DNA of 64,000 nt from Macrostomum lignano (Eukaryota), in NCBI GenBank assembly GCA_002269645.1, contig NIVC01000032.1, forward strand, positions 620,001 through 684,000. Reading direction: 5' to 3'. The notes below the pieces were generated by a model, which was not told where the DNA came from, made no database searches, and saw only the letters and a list, made by a program, of their open reading frames with translations. Position 1 is the stretch's first letter. Each line of letters opens with the position of its first letter. The translations under genes were made by a program, and so were the position numbers. Positions 50,433-61,928 of this stretch are shown piece by piece.

Positions 50433-53400
50433 ATGAAGCGTAACGACGGCCTAGTGCTTCTCTACGATGCGGCTATGCTATTAGAACAGCATAGTCTGGG
50501 ACCAATCGGGCCTATTCCTATTGTCAATGCTAACCAAAGTTTCAGTAGCCATGGTATTGTTAAACGGTCGAGTAAAACGGTCGAGGAACGTGCTCATGGT
50601 TTAACACGTAAGTAATTGAGTACCTTAACCTTAATTCCTATATTACGTTTGTAAATAGCAAATGTCTTGCTACTACTGAGGAATACGACTCTTGACTTTA
50701 GGTACTGCCAGTCAGCCATTACCGCAATCATTTCGAACAGCTCCAGGCTTTTATAATCATAATATTTCATTAACTGGCATCACCGCTGCGTCTATGCCCA
50801 TAGTTTCCATGGCAACAGATCCTACTCTACAACTGCGGCCTAATAATTATTGGTCTTTAGCTTCAACATCAACCATAGCAGCAGCAACAGCCAGTTCTGC
50901 ATCAACATATTCACCGAGTCCAACTAAACAGCGACTGTCTGCCACCACTATTCGAACAAGTCACAATGAGCTCGAAAAGATAAGGTAATTTTCTCAACAT
51001 TACTGCCAAAAGTTTAAATTGGCGCCAAAAATATTTATTTTTATAATTTATAATTATAGGAAACCGTGTAGACAAACAGTATAACAACATGGACTTGAGT
51101 TCTTAGAAAATCTAAATTAAATACCAAACTTATTTTAGTAAGTAGTAGGTAAGGAGACTAAAGCTCTTCCAAACTCTGAAATTATATCTACCCGCCGTGC
51201 GACTTAGTTTATTAATATTCATTCAGTTTATTAGGAGGCCTAGGCAGATCTGTCAGCTATCAATCAAGTTGGATAAAGCTATCTCGTCTCCATTCTCGTA
51301 CGATTTTCAACAAAGCCCAATTGTTGTCACGTGTCTTCTAGCTTTGCCCTCATCATTTGATTGACAGGACAAGCCGGTCCTCTAATGCTCTCCTGCATGA
51401 GAGAGAAAGCCTGCTTCTCTGTCATTCAGTAATTTTATTTTTATAAAGTTAATCCATCTAGTTATGTCAACTATTACTAATCCACAGGCTCTTCAATTCG
51501 TTTGAAATTTGAAGCATTGAATAATGATTGTGGCTAAAAATGCAAGAATTTTGGGCTCAAAATCCTATTTTTTGATTGAGGATTTCTGGGATTAGGTCTT
51601 AGGATCAGAATCCGAGAATCCGAGAATCCATATTCAGGCTGTAAAAATTGGACTTTAGAGGATCAGAATCCCAGAATCCATATTCGGGCTGTGAAAATTG
51701 GACTTTAGGGGATCAGAATCCCAGAATCCATATTCGGGCTGTCAAAATAGGAATTTAGAGGATCAGAATCCCAGAATCCATATTCGGGCTGTCAAAATAG
51801 GAATTTAGGGGATCAGAATCCCAGAATCCATATTCGGGCTGTGAAAATTGGACTTTAGGGGATCAGAATCCCAGAATCCATATTCGGGCTGTGAAAATTG
51901 GACTTTAGGGGATCAGAATCCCAGAATCCATATTCGGGCTGTCAAAATAGGAATTTAGAGGATCAGAATCCCAGAATCCATATTCGGGCTGTCAAAATAG
52001 GAATTTAGGGGATCAGAATCCCAGAATCCATATTCGGGCTGTGAAAATTGGACTTTAGGGGATCAGAATCCCAGAATCCATATTCGGGCTGTGAAAATTG
52101 GACTTTAGGGGATCAGAATCCCAGAATCCATATTCGGGCTGTGAAAATTGGACTTTAGGGGATCAGAATCCCAGAATCCATATTCGGGCTGTGAAAATTG
52201 GACTTTAGGGGATCAGAATCCCAGAATCCATATTCGGGCTGTGAAAATTGGAATTTAGGGGATCAGAATCCCAGAATCCATTTTCGGGCTGTGAAAATTG
52301 GAATTTAGGGGATCAGAATCTATCTATTTATTGCATCAGTTCTGATTGAAACTATCCTCACTGATCCCTCTTCTTTTATTTCCCGATATGCCAGGCGAGC
52401 CAAGCTGCGCATCAGTATTGACCAGCTGAAAAGCAGACTGCCGGCACTGCGGGGTCGAGTTACCATGCTCACTGTGCTCAAACGCGCCTGCGCTTTTGTG
52501 AAGGTTTGTGAAATTGAGAAATCTTTAAGAAAGCAAATTCTGCAAAATATTTAATCATTCAATTATTTATTTATTTGTGCTCCGCTCCGGTCAGGATTTG
52601 GAGCAGAAATCCGAGGAACAGCGCGCCCAGCTTCGCCAGCTCGAACGCCGCCGGATGGAGCTGAAGATGCGGCGCGGCCAGCTGACGCGACTTCTGCGCC
52701 GATTAAAAAAACAGGCAGCGGACGCTGCTGGCGTTTCGTCGACTTACAACGTTTCCGAGGCTGCCAAATCGTTTGGCGCAAAAAAATTGCGGCCTTTGAC
52801 TTCGGCAATGCCGTCGGTTGAAAGCGGCGACAAGTCCAGTTTTAAAGCCGCAGTCGCTTCTTCGAAACAGCCATCTTCTGTTACCGGACTGTCCTGGCTG
52901 GGCTCTGCGAGTAACGCTGGTCAGTGTCTGCCTGTCTGTTTGTGTCTGTCTGCCTGCCTGTCTGTTTGTGTGTCTGTCTGTCTGCCTGTCTGTCTGTCTG
53001 TCTGCTGACTATCTGTGTGTCTGTCTGCCTGTCTGTCTGTGTCTGGCTGTCTGTCTGTCTGCCTGTCTGTGTCTGTCTGCCTGCCTGTCTGTGTGTCTGT
53101 CTGTCTGTCTGCCTGTCTGTCTGCTGACTATCTGTGTGTCTGTCTGTCTGTCTCTCTGCCTGCCTGTCTGTGTGTCTGTCTGTCTATCTGCCTGTCTGTC
53201 TGCTGACTATCTGTGTGTCTGTCTGTCTGTCTGTGTGTATGTCTGTTTGTGTGTCTGTCTGTCTGCCTGCCTGTCTGTGTCTGGCTGTCTGTCTGTCTGC
53301 CTGTCTGTGTCTGTCTGCCTGCCTGTCTGTGTGTCTGTCTGTCTGTCTGCCTGTCTGTCTGCTGACTATCTGTGTGTCTGTCTGTCTGCCTGCCTGTCTG

Positions 53401-53472
53401 CCTGTCTGTCTGCTGACTATCTGTGTGTGTCTGCCTGTCTGTCTGTCTGCCTGTCTGTCTGTCTGCTGACTA

Positions 53473-53503
<31 letters not shown>

Positions 53504-53688
53504 GCTGACTATCTGTGTGTCTGTCTTTTTGTGTGTCTGTCTGTTTGTGTCTGTCTGCCTGTCTGCTGACTATCTGTCTGCCTGCCTGTCTGTGTCTGTC
53601 TGCCTGCCTGTCTGTGTCTGTCTGCCTGCCTTTCTGTGTGTCTGTCTGTCTGCCTGTGTCTGTCTGTTTTTGTCTGTCTGTCCCTCTC

Positions 53689-53786
<98 letters not shown>

Positions 53787-55414
53787 ATCTATATATTATC
53801 TATCAGATGTGCAATAATTATTGATACAAATAAAACTCTATGCTCAGGTGGCCTATAGTGCATAGCTCTGCTCTGATTGAATACAAGAGGAAAACGTGTG
53901 ATTCGGACGGTTCTGACATAAATTATGAATCTTAGATTATAGACTTGGATGGATAAGACTGGCTGATGTTTATTATTTCACTGGATCACAGATCGGTTAT
54001 CTCCTCTTTCTCTTTCCCCCGTCTCTCTGTGTGCGCCTCTATCCTGAGTACAAAACCTGCGAATTATAAAGATCTTAATGCATTAAACAATATAGTAGTT
54101 GCAGTAGTAGATATTTATAAGACCTGTATAATTAAATGCTGCACATTATGCATCCCTTTCTTCAGCATTTATCTGAGCAGTTCTCCTTTCAACTTAAGGC
54201 TGACTTCCCTTTTGCCCTTTTTCCCACCTCCCATTGTCCCATCTTCACCTGTTTTCCATCTCCACCTGTATTCCGATCTCCCTATCCTATTTTCCATCTT
54301 CACCTCCCAGTTTCCCCATCTTCACCTCCCACTTTTCCCATCTTCACCTCCCACTTTTCCCATCTTCACCTCCCACTTTTCCATCTTCACCTCCCACTTT
54401 TCCCATCTTCACCTCCCACTTTTCCCATCTTCACCTCCTACTTTTCCCATCTTCACCTCCCATTGTCTCATCCCCACCTTCCAGTTTTCCCATCTCCACC
54501 TCCCATTGTCTCATCCCCACCTCCCAGTTTTCCCATCTCCACCTCCCATTGTCTCATCCCCACCTTCCAGTTTTCCCATCTCCACCTCCCATTGTCTCAT
54601 CCCCACCTTCCAGTTTTCCCATCTCCACCTCCCATTGTCTCATCCCCACCTTCCAGTTTTCCCATCTCCACCTCCCATTGTCTCATCCCCACCTTCCAGT
54701 TTTCCCATCTCCACCTCCCATTGTCCCATCCCCACCTTCCAGTTTTCCCATCTCCACCTCCCATTGTCCCATCCCCACCTTCCAGTTTTCCCATCTCCAC
54801 CTCCCATTGTCTCATCCCCACCTCCCAGTTTTCCCATCTCCACCTCCCATTGTCCCACCCCACCTCCCAGTTTTCCCATCTCCACCTCCCATTGTCCCAT
54901 CCCCACCTTCCAGTTTTCCCATCTCCACCTCCCATTGTCCCATCCCCACCTCCCAGTTTTCCCATCTCCACCTCCCATTGTCCCATCCCCACCTCCCAGT
55001 TTTCCCATCTCCACCTCCCATTGTCCCATCCCCACCTCCCAGTTTTCCCATCTCCACCTCCCACTGTCCCATCCCCACCTCCCAATTTTCCCATCTTCAC
55101 CTCCCACTTTTCCCATCATCACCTCCTGTTTCCCATCTTCAACTCCTGTCCTCCTATTTCTATCTCGAACATCTCTCTTCCAATTTTTCACTGTCTTCCA
55201 TTTTTCCACCTCCTATTCATTACCTTCGTTAACTTTTGTTTGTTTTCCAGATGACTCCGCAGCCTACAGGAAACTCGTTCGCTGTCCAATTCCTTACAAA
55301 AGCCAACAGACAGTGGCTGTTGCTGCTGCAGCCGCCGCAGGTTCAGTTAATAGTCCAGACTCTGGCTATGTTAGTCCGCAGAATGCGCCCCAGCCAAACG
55401 GTGCCAATCGTTGA
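50433..55414 (+). CDS. Mad/Mxi1/Mnt (MXD) family bHLH-ZIP repressor, 351 aa; exons 50433-50607, 50702-50984, 52395-52503, 52595-52919, 55251-55414
   Basis: N-terminal Sin3-interaction-like helix [12 protein letters not shown]. b[33 protein letters not shown]...[16 protein letters not shown]...L. All four introns are GT-AG with compatible phases (1,2,0,1); total 1056 nt. Confidence 0.9.
51600..52320. repeat. Intronic 50-bp minisatellite GGATCAGAATCCCAGAATCCATATTCGGGCTGT...
   Basis: About 14 units in intron 2 of the MXD-like gene. Confidence 0.93.
52922..53790. repeat. Complex (TGTC)n repeat followed by (CTAT)n
   Basis: Starts at the splice donor of intron 4; (CTAT)n begins at about 53686. 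Confidence 0.92.
54200..55135. repeat. Pyrimidine-rich minisatellite, 43-bp unit CCCATCTCCACCTCCCATTGTC(C/T)CATCCCCACCT(C/T)CCAGTTTT
   Basis: Period of 43 from 54481, preceded by related 21-22 bp units; lies in intron 4. Confidence 0.92.
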
Positions 55415-55816
55415 GTTTCATTAATATATCCTTCTATCGGTTTAAGCATGGTAAGCATTGTTACTTGAATGACAGATTGGCTCGTTCTCTATCTTAGCTT
55501 ATTCACTGTTTTGTTCTTTGTGTTTTATTAGACTGTTCACCGACTGTACCTGCGAATGCTCTGCAGTGTTGCATGCCTAACTTTGTATGGCATTGCAGTT
55601 TTCAACTGTCTGTTACTGGTTTCTCTTATCTCTTCATCTCCCCATCTCTTCTTCCCCCCTCATCTCTTCTCTCTCCTTCCCTCATCTCCTCTCCCTACCC
55701 GCAGGCCGCATCTCTTCTCTCTCCTCCCCTTATCTCTTCTTTCTTTCTCCCCTCATTTCCTCTCTCCTCTTCTCTGTCCCCCTCATCTCTTTCTTCGTAT
55801 TCTGCTCATCTCTCCA

Positions 55817-56090
55817 CATACATGCGCAACCTCCAAAATTCTGTCAGCCGTGCGACTTAGTTTTAACAAAAATGCGACTTACATGTAAAAAAACCCTAAA
55901 GCAAAATTAACGCAACTTTGGGTAAACGGCAGGAGTAACTATAACTGTCTTTTTAAGCTAAAATGCCTCGTCAGCTACTTAGTACTACTACTTGGTGTTT
56001 TTTTGGGTGGGCATTTTTTGCGACTTCCTTGGTTGGCTGCCAAATTGGTCGGCCGGATCGGCCGACTCGGCCGACTGTTGCGCATGTATG
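55817..56090. mobile_element. 274-bp hAT-type MITE containing a 28S rRNA-derived segment
   Basis: Perfect 14-bp TIRs CATACATGCGCAAC at 55817-55830 and 56077-56090. Perfect 8-bp TSD TCTCTCCA at 55809-55816 and 56091-56098. Confidence 0.9.
55920..55983 (+). other. 64-nt fragment homologous to eukaryotic 28S rRNA (R2/Pokey/I-PpoI target region); not an rRNA gene
   Basis: GGGTAAACGGCAGGAGTAACTATAACTGTCTTTTTAAGCTAAAATGCCTCGTCAGCTACTTAGT versus canonical GGGTAAACGGCGGGAGTAACTATGACTCTCTTAAGGTAGCCAAATGCCTCGTCATCTAATTAGT: 50/64 ungapped matches. Confidence 0.88.
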
Positions 56091-58129
56091 TCTCTCCATT
56101 TATTTCTTCTCTCCCCCCATCTCTTCCTATCGTATCTATCGTATTCCATATTTTTCTAACTTTTTGCAAGTCTCATTCTTAACCTCTACAAGTACCGTAC
56201 GATATACTACTGACTACTGAACGCAGCCAATACGTAGGCTTTTGTATTTGTTATTTTGCTAATTCTCGTGAAAAAAACAATAAATCTACAATTTGCGTTG
56301 TTTTTTTACCTGACTGACAGGCAACTGTTACCATGATGACGTCATGATTATACTCATTCGTATTCAACGATGTTGTTAATTGTATAGGGCTATCAATAAA
56401 CTTATAGATAATCTTTACGTACTTCTTTTAGTCAACCTGCATGTACTTGTAGTGACAGTGTGTATTATACTCCGCAGTAATGTAAAACATACAATTATTA
56501 ATAGCCCAAGTTTTCAGTGTTATATTACTGTCAAGAGTTTCAGAAGACGGCATTTTTACAGGACATGATTGAACATTATTATCAGGGTTATGTACTAAGC
56601 TATTATGATACTACTTGAAGTGTGATAAATTCCATTTATTAGTTTACTAAGTTATTTTATTTATGAACTAAAAACAGCTGTTTGATTCTGGTATTTTTTC
56701 TTACTTTGTTATGTAACCCCCAAGAATTTTTTGTTGTTGCAATAATTGATTTTCTTTTTCAATCACCTGTCTGTCTGCAATTATATTGAATGATTGACTA
56801 ATTATTAATATTAATCAGTGACTTCTCTACCGCTTGTTCGTCTGAAAAAACACTATTTTTAAATACACAGTAGCAATCCTTATGCGTGACTTACGCGCAA
56901 ACAGTATGGAATTAATTATTTTACACAACATATCGGTAAATTGAAAATAACACAAGTCCAAGAACAATAGCAAATTATTGACTGAATAAATATTTGTAGA
57001 TCTTTTAGCCGTTACGCAAAAAGGAAAAATTGCACAATTTATTACCAATAGAATTTTTAGTCATTCTAGTCTACAGTGCTACTTACAGTAAGTAGTAGGC
57101 GCCCCAGCAGTAATAATTCAGTAAAATGACATTAGGAACAGGTAGCTCTCTTTATTGAAGATGCAGCACATCCACATTAGTGCACAGAACAATATTGCTT
57201 CACCAAAAATTCGCATTATTTTTCGACACAGACAAAAAATCGGGCAAATTAAGTAGTATATAGCGGTTGCGATAGATACGATATCTTTTGGAACCGAAGA
57301 AAGCGTCAGTAATAATGAAACTATAACAAAAGACACTATTGTACCGCATGTAGACCTTAGTTAATGAAACGATAAGCATAATGTATCGGAATAAAAAAAT
57401 TGTAACCTTTTATTGCATTTCTGTTGACTGTTAAACAAAAAGCTTCAGACACAGCATATGGCGACCGGAACTACATTAAATTTTAAAATATCAAATTGCA
57501 ACGGTTGGAAGCTGTTTCTACAAATAGAGAATGTAAATTAACAATATGCATGCACTATTGTATAGGGATAGACCATATTTAACTGTTGTAAACAAAATTG
57601 CTGAAAAATACGTCATTTATTCACGTTTTTGCTGGCACTAGATTGCGTAATATGGTCTTGCAACTGATAAAAAATCGATCAGAATATATTACTTTCTACC
57701 TATTTTCACCTATTTCTACCTATTGTTAACTAGGTAGAACGCAAGCAAGCGTCTAGTCTAGACAGTAACAGCTAGAAAGCAGAACTGAACACAGATATTT
57801 AGCTGTCGAGTCTTGGACAGACTAGGTAACTCATTGTATTTATATCAACTTTGTGACCGTTACGAAAGCATTGTGAATTCTTTTCAAGTAAATTCAGTGA
57901 TAATAAAAATTAATTACCTAGTATAGATGTAAACTTGGCGATTTGTATATTAACAACCAAAGCGTTGAATAAAGCATAGTTGGTTAAAAATGTATGAAAA
58001 AGTGATTAATGTAAGCTGTTAATCTACTTTTTTGTTTGGCTTATCAATGGTTGCCATAGTTATATTTAGCAATTGCAGTGAGTTTGGCAAGCGACTGAAC
58101 AGAGAAGAGTGTAAATTAAGTAGTCTTAA

Positions 58130-60746
58130 AAAGGCTGGCTAGCGTAAGAGGGGTGGCTGATATGGGGTCAGGGAGAGAGTGTACACTGAGTCTTTGATTG
58201 GCTGGCTAGGTTAAGAGGGGTGGCTGATATGGGGTCAGGGAGAGAGTGTACACTGAGTCTTTGATTGGCTGGCTAGGTTAAGAGGGGTGGCTGATATGGG
58301 GTCAGGGAGCGAGTGTACACTGAGTATTTGATTGGCTGGCTAGGTTAAGAGGGGTGGCTGATATGAGGTCAGGGAGAGAGTGTACACTGAGTCTTTGATT
58401 GGCTGGCTAGGTTAAGAGGGGTGGCTGATATGGGGTCAGGGAGAGAGTGTACACTGAGTCTTTGATTGGCTGGCTAGGTTAAGAGGGGTGGCTGATATGG
58501 GGTCAGGGAGCGAGTGTACACTGAGTATTTGATTGGCTGGCTAGGTTAAGAGGGGTGGCTGATATGAGGTCAGGGAGCGAGTGTACACTGAGTCTTTGAT
58601 TGGCTGGCTAGGTTAAGAGGGGTGGCTGATATGAGGTCAGGGAGCGAGTGTACACTGAGTCTTTGATTGGCTGGCTAGGTTAAGAGGGGTGGCTGATATG
58701 GGGTCAGGGAGAGAGTGTACACTGAGTATTTGATTGGCTGGCTAGGTTAAGAGGGGTGGCTGATATGAGGTCAGGGAGCGAGTGTACACTGAGTATTTGA
58801 TTGGCTGGCTAGGTTAAGAGGGGTGGCTGATATGAGGTCAGGGAGAGAGTGTACACTGAGTCTTTGATTGGCTGGCTAGGTTAAGAGGGGTGGCTGATAT
58901 GAGGTCAGGGAGAGAGTGTACACTGAGTATTTGATTGGCTGGCTAGGTTAAGAGGGGTGGCTGATATGGGGTCAGGGAGAGAGTGTACACTGAGTATTTG
59001 ATTGGCTGGCTAGATTAAGAGGGGTGGCTGATATGGGGTAAGGGAGCGAGTGTACACTGAGTCTTTGATTGGCTGGCTAGGTTAAGAGGGGTGGCTGATA
59101 TGGGGTAAGGGAGCGAGTGTACACTGAGTATTTGATTGGCTGGCTAGGTTAAGAGGGGTGGCTGATATGGGGTAAGGGAGCGAGTGTACACTGAGTCTTT
59201 GATTGGCTGGCTAGGTTAAGAGGGGTGGCTGATATGGGGTAAGGGAGCGAGTGTACACTGAGTATTTGATTGGCTGGCTAGGTTAAGAGGGGTGGCTGAT
59301 ATGAGGTCAGGGAGCGAGTGTACACTGAGTATTTGATTGGCTGGCTAGGTTAAGAGGGGTGGCTGATATGGGGTAAGGGAGCGAGTGTACACTGAGTCTT
59401 TGATTGGCTGGCTAGGTTAAGAGGGGTGGCTGATATGGGGTAAGGGAGCGAGTGTACACTGAGTCTTTGATTGGCTGGCTAGGTTAAGAGGGGTGGCTGA
59501 TATGGGGTAAGGGAGCGAGTGTACACTGAGTATTTGATTGGCTGGCTAGGTTAAGAGGGGTGGCTGATATGAGGTCAGGGAGAGAGTGTACACTGAGTCT
59601 TTGATTGGCTGGCTAGGTTAAGAGGGGTGGCTGATATAGGGTCAGGGAGAGAGTGTACACTGAGTCTTTGATTGGCTGGCTAGGTTAAGAGGGGTGGCTG
59701 ATATGGGGTCAGGGAGCGAGTGTACACTGAGTATTTGATTGGCTGGCTAGGTTAAGAGGGGTGGCTGATATGAGGTCAGGGAGCGAGTGTACACTGAGTC
59801 TTTGATTGGCTGGCTAGGTTAAGAGGGGTGGCTGATATGAGGTCAGGGAGCGAGTGTACACTGAGTCTTTGATTGGCTGGCTAGGTTAAGAGGGGTGGCT
59901 GATATGGGGTCAGGGAGAGAGTGTACACTGAGTATTTGATTGGCTGGCTAGATTAAGAGGGGTGGCTGATATGGGGTAAGGGAGCGAGTGTACACTGAGT
60001 CTTTGATTGGCTGGCTAGGTTAAGAGGGGTGGCTGATATGGGGTAAGGGAGCGAGTGTACACTGAGTATTTGATTGGCTGGCTAGGTTAAGAGGGGTGGC
60101 TGATATGGGGTAAGGGAGAGAGTGTACACTGAGTCTTTGATTGGCTGGCTAGGTTAAGAGGGGTGGCTGATATGGGGCCAGGGAGCGAGTGTACACTGAG
60201 TATTTGATTGGCTGGCTACGTTAAGAGGGGTGGCTGATATGAGGTCAGGGAGCGAGTGTACACTGAGTATTTGATTGGCTGGCTAGGTTAAGAGGGGTGG
60301 CTGATATGGGGTAAGGGAGCGAGTGTACACTGAGTCTTTGATTGGCTGGCTAGGTTAAGAGGGGTGGCTGATATGGGGTAAGGGAGCGAGTGTACACTGA
60401 GTCTTTGATTGGCTGGCTAGGTTAAGAGGGGTGGCTGATATGGGGTAAGGGAGCGAGTGTACACTGAGTATTTGATTGGCTGGCTAGGTTAAGAGGGGTG
60501 GCTGATATGGGGTAAGGGAGCGAGTGTACACTGAGTCTTTGATTGGCTGGCTAGGTTAAGAGGGGTGGCTGATATGAGGCCAGGGAGCGAGTGTACACTG
60601 AGTCTTTGATTGGCTGGCTAGGTTAAGAGGGGTGGCTGATATGAGGCCAGGGAGCGAGTGTACACTGAGTCTTTGATTGGCTGGCTAGGTTAAGAGGGGT
60701 GGCTGATATGGGGCCAGGGAGCGAGTGTACACTGAGTCTTTGATTG
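58130..60746. repeat. 67-bp minisatellite TAAGAGGGGTGGCTGATATGGGGTCAGGGAG(A/C)GAGTGTACACTGAGT(C/A)TTTGATTGGCTGGCTAGGT
   Basis: About 39 near-identical units. Confidence 0.96.
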
Positions 60747-61369
60747 AATTGGCTGGAGTAAGAGGGAGAGTTGATTTCGTGGATCGAGCGTACATTTTAG
60801 ATGCAGTTTCCCTTAAAAAACAAAACCACACTGGGGATTAAAGTACATCGAAATGTTGCTTTTATTATATGGTATGATACAATGACCAGCACAGCCAAGC
60901 ACGCGAAAAGAACTAGCGAAGACACACTAAGAATGAGAAATATACGAGCCTTAGTTTTGAAAAATTACAGTTGTCACAAACTGGCGACGCAGAAAAAATA
61001 GACAAAAAATAATTCCAACCAAATTTTCATCGATGATTTGAATCCAACACCTCACCGTGAATCCGTACCGAAAATGTCAGAATATTTACGACAGAAGTTT
61101 TACACGTGAAAAGTACACATAAACATAGGAATAATAAGTTCAATTAGAATTAACTAATCAATCATAATCAAGACGGTGATAGCATGTAAACATTTATCGA
61201 TGAAGGTCAAGACTCTGCCATGAGCATTTTTTGTCCCATACCTGATACTTCTGGAGCATTTTTAACTGGTCTCAGGTCAGGCTTAAGATTGAGACCCTAG
61301 ATTCCAATGTATAGTATAGTGCTTAATTAAAGATTACACAATACGCAAATAAAAAACAGTCCTGTCTAC

Positions 61370-61800
61370 AGTGTCTGTTTGTCTGTCTTGGTGTCTTAGT
61401 GTCTGTCTGTCTGTGTCTGTCTTAGTGTCTTCTGTCTGTCTTGGAATCTGTCTTCTCTTCTGTTCTGTCTGCATGTCTGTCTGTCTGTCTTGGTGTCTTC
61501 TGTCTGCATGTCTGTCTGTCTGTTTTGATGTCTTCTGTCTGCATGTCTGTCTGTCTGTCTTGGTGTCTTCTGTCTGCATGTCTGTCTGTCTGTTTTGATG
61601 TCTTCTGTCTGCATGTCTGTCTGTCTGTCTTGGTGTCTTCTGTCTGCATGTCTGTCTGTCTGTCTTGGTGTCTTCTGTCTGCATGTCTGTCTGTCTGTCT
61701 TGGTGTCTTCTGTCTGGATGTCTGTCTGTCTGTCTGTCTTAGTGTCTTTTGTCTGTGCCTGTCTTGGTGTCTTCTGTCTATCTGTCTGTCTGTCCTTCCT
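61370..61800. repeat. (TGTC)-derived complex repeat with about 35-bp units GTCTTCTGTCTGCATGTCTGTCTGTCTGTCTTGGT
   Basis: Tandem units lying 3' of the MBOAT gene. Confidence 0.88.
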
Positions 61801-61928
61801 TCGTATTAGCTCAGGAAAGCCTTTCACAGCCTACTAGAATGGTCAAAATAATTGCCGATTTATTCAGCGAGATTGTCAAATTCCACTTTCACGACGCTCC
61901 TCAATAACACACAGTCATGGCTAATAAC

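Noticed and set aside
51194-51210. 17-bp match GCCGTGCGACTTAGTTT to 55847-55863 inside the 28S-bearing MITE
   Set aside because: No TIR or further homology around it; too short to call a second copy.
52818-55254. Long Cys/Leu/Ser-rich and Pro/His-rich ORFs
   Set aside because: They lie in MXD intron 4 and are translations of (TGTC)n and the 43-bp repeat; only 55251-55414 is exonic.
55920-55983. rRNA gene
   Set aside because: Only 64 nt, diverged, and embedded in a TIR element; no other rRNA sequence flanks it.
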